This document shows, one piece after another, positions 62,483 through 64,000 of a stretch of DNA of 64,000 nucleotides. This stretch comes from Eledone cirrhosa. Its lineage: Eukaryota. The notes beneath the pieces are model-generated. The model was not told the DNA's origin, ran no database searches, and saw nothing but the letters and a program-made list of their open reading frames with translations. The position numbers and the translations under genes were made by a program. The stretch is taken from the NCBI GenBank assembly GCA_964016885.1, contig OZ024747.1:93682001-93746000 (forward strand), written 5' to 3'. The stretch's first letter is position 1. Every line of letters begins with the position of its first letter.

Positions 62483-64000
62483 TCAGGCTGACTCGACCAC
62501 AATGCTGGCAAACCAGATGATGTTCAACAGCAGGCAGTTCAGAACAGTCTCAATCCTCACCTTCCTTTTCAGTGTTAGGTGTTCTCTCCGACGAGTTTCA
62601 AAGTGTTCACCACCTGACTTGATCAAACGTCTCCACTTCACATGCTCGTCAGCCATTTTCTCCCATTCGTCAGATGAAATTCCAGCACAAGCCAAGGTGC
62701 CCCTGATACAGTCCCGGTACCGCCTTTTTGATTTATGTGGTGGTCGCCTTCCTTCACACAGTTCTCCATAGAGAAGTTGCTTTGGAATACGACCATCAGA
62801 CATCCGGACCACGTGACTGCACCACCTCAACCGATACCGAAAGATTATGCTCTCTATAGTCATGCACCTGCTCCGTTCTAGAACTTCCAAATCACTGGCG
62901 AACATTTTCCACCACACCCCAAGTAACTTATGAAGAGATTGTTGGTGAAATCTCTCCAGATCCTTGAGGTGCTTTCTGTATGTAACCCACGTTTCACAAA
63001 CATAAAGTAAAGAGGAGACGACACAAGTCAAATACACTTTCACCTTGGTTTCGATAGTGATACCTCGTCTGGACCATAAACGTTGATGCAGCTGTTCAAA
63101 AGCATCACTGGCTTTCTTGATTCTTAAGGATATTTCATTATCATGCGTGCATGGAGTGTTCAACGTACTACCAAGGTAAACAAACTTGTCAGCAACTTTT
63201 AGCCTCTTTCCGTACACATACACACTTGGTGCAGTGTACTCGTTTCCAGGTACTGGCTGATACATCACAACAGTCTTTTCCAAGCTTATTGTGATGCCCA
63301 AAGTGCTGCAAGCTGCAGAAAAAGTGTTCATAATATGCTGCATGTTACTTTGTGAGTGTGCAAATAGATCGCAGTCGTATGCATACAAAAACTCGGATTA
63401 TAGATGTTGTGCTTGTACCAAAGCGCCTGGTGTTGAACAACCTTCCTGAAGTGCGATACCTGATGTAAACCCCATGAGAACAATATTTGAATGCCATGAG
63501 AAATACTATCGTAAAATATAAGGAAAACAGAGTTGGAGCCGGAATGTCCCCCTGCTTCACTCCATTTTCAACTGATATTGGTTGAGAGATGCTACCACCA
63601 ATACTGACCAAAGCCTTCATGTCATCATGGAAAGAATGCAGAATCTTCTACCCTACCTTGGATTTTTTTCCCACAAAGCAGTTCAATTGACAGTGTCAAA
63701 GGCCTTTGTCAAGTCAACAAAGACCTGGTAAAGGTCCATACATTGTTCGATACACTTTTCCTCTTTCATTTCTGAACCCACACTGCGACTCAGGCAACAC
63801 ATTCAGAGCAACTCTTGGGATCAATCTATCCATCAATATTCAACACGACTTTACCAACTACTGAAAGAAGGGATATGACATGATAATTGCCACATTTATC
63901 CTTGCCGTCCTCTCCTTTATGGAGAATCACCATGAGCGCATCCTTCTTGTGGGACATTCTCATCTTCCCACACCATTTTCATGAGGTCAGTCAGGCGCTG
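62483..64000 (-). mobile_element. RTE/BovB-like LINE RT pseudogene (continues beyond the window)
   Basis: VFVDLTKAFDTVN, GVKQGDIPAPTLF, YAYD (degenerate YADD), FVYLGS, RIPKQLLYGEL; frameshifts. Confidence 0.9.

Overview
Eukaryotic, AT-rich, microsatellite- and SINE-dense DNA; the SINE family and histone sequences suggest an octopod cephalopod (inference, not verified by search). The window holds a dispersed replication-dependent histone cluster with seven intact genes: H4 (18.4 kb), H2B (29.6 kb), H3 (41.2 kb) and two tandem divergent H2B-H2A pairs (46.7-50.3 kb). It also holds histone pseudogenes (H4, H2A, and an H2B/H2A fusion remnant) mostly broken by microhomology-flanked deletions; no H1 is visible. 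Part of the cluster lies in a ~12 kb inverted duplication (20.3-32.4 kb). The rest is mobile DNA: a Naiad-type Penelope-like element (GIY-YIG) bounded by inverted repeats, RTE/CR1/CRE LINE fragments, a Chapaev3-like transposase, Merlin-like MITEs, Helitron-like inserts, LTR remnants with tRNA-Trp primer sites, ~20 tRNA-derived SINE copies and a 28S rRNA fragment. Most notable non-annotated signals: eight hammerhead-ribozyme-like motifs (one type with a 115-nt stem II, others with a U-U pair at the base of stem II), orphan histone stem-loops inside palindromic or scrambled DNA, and an atypical AGTC-type histone downstream element. All alignments, folds and coordinates were read by eye; repeat boundaries are approximate. 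Most ORFs in the supplied track are microsatellite artefacts.
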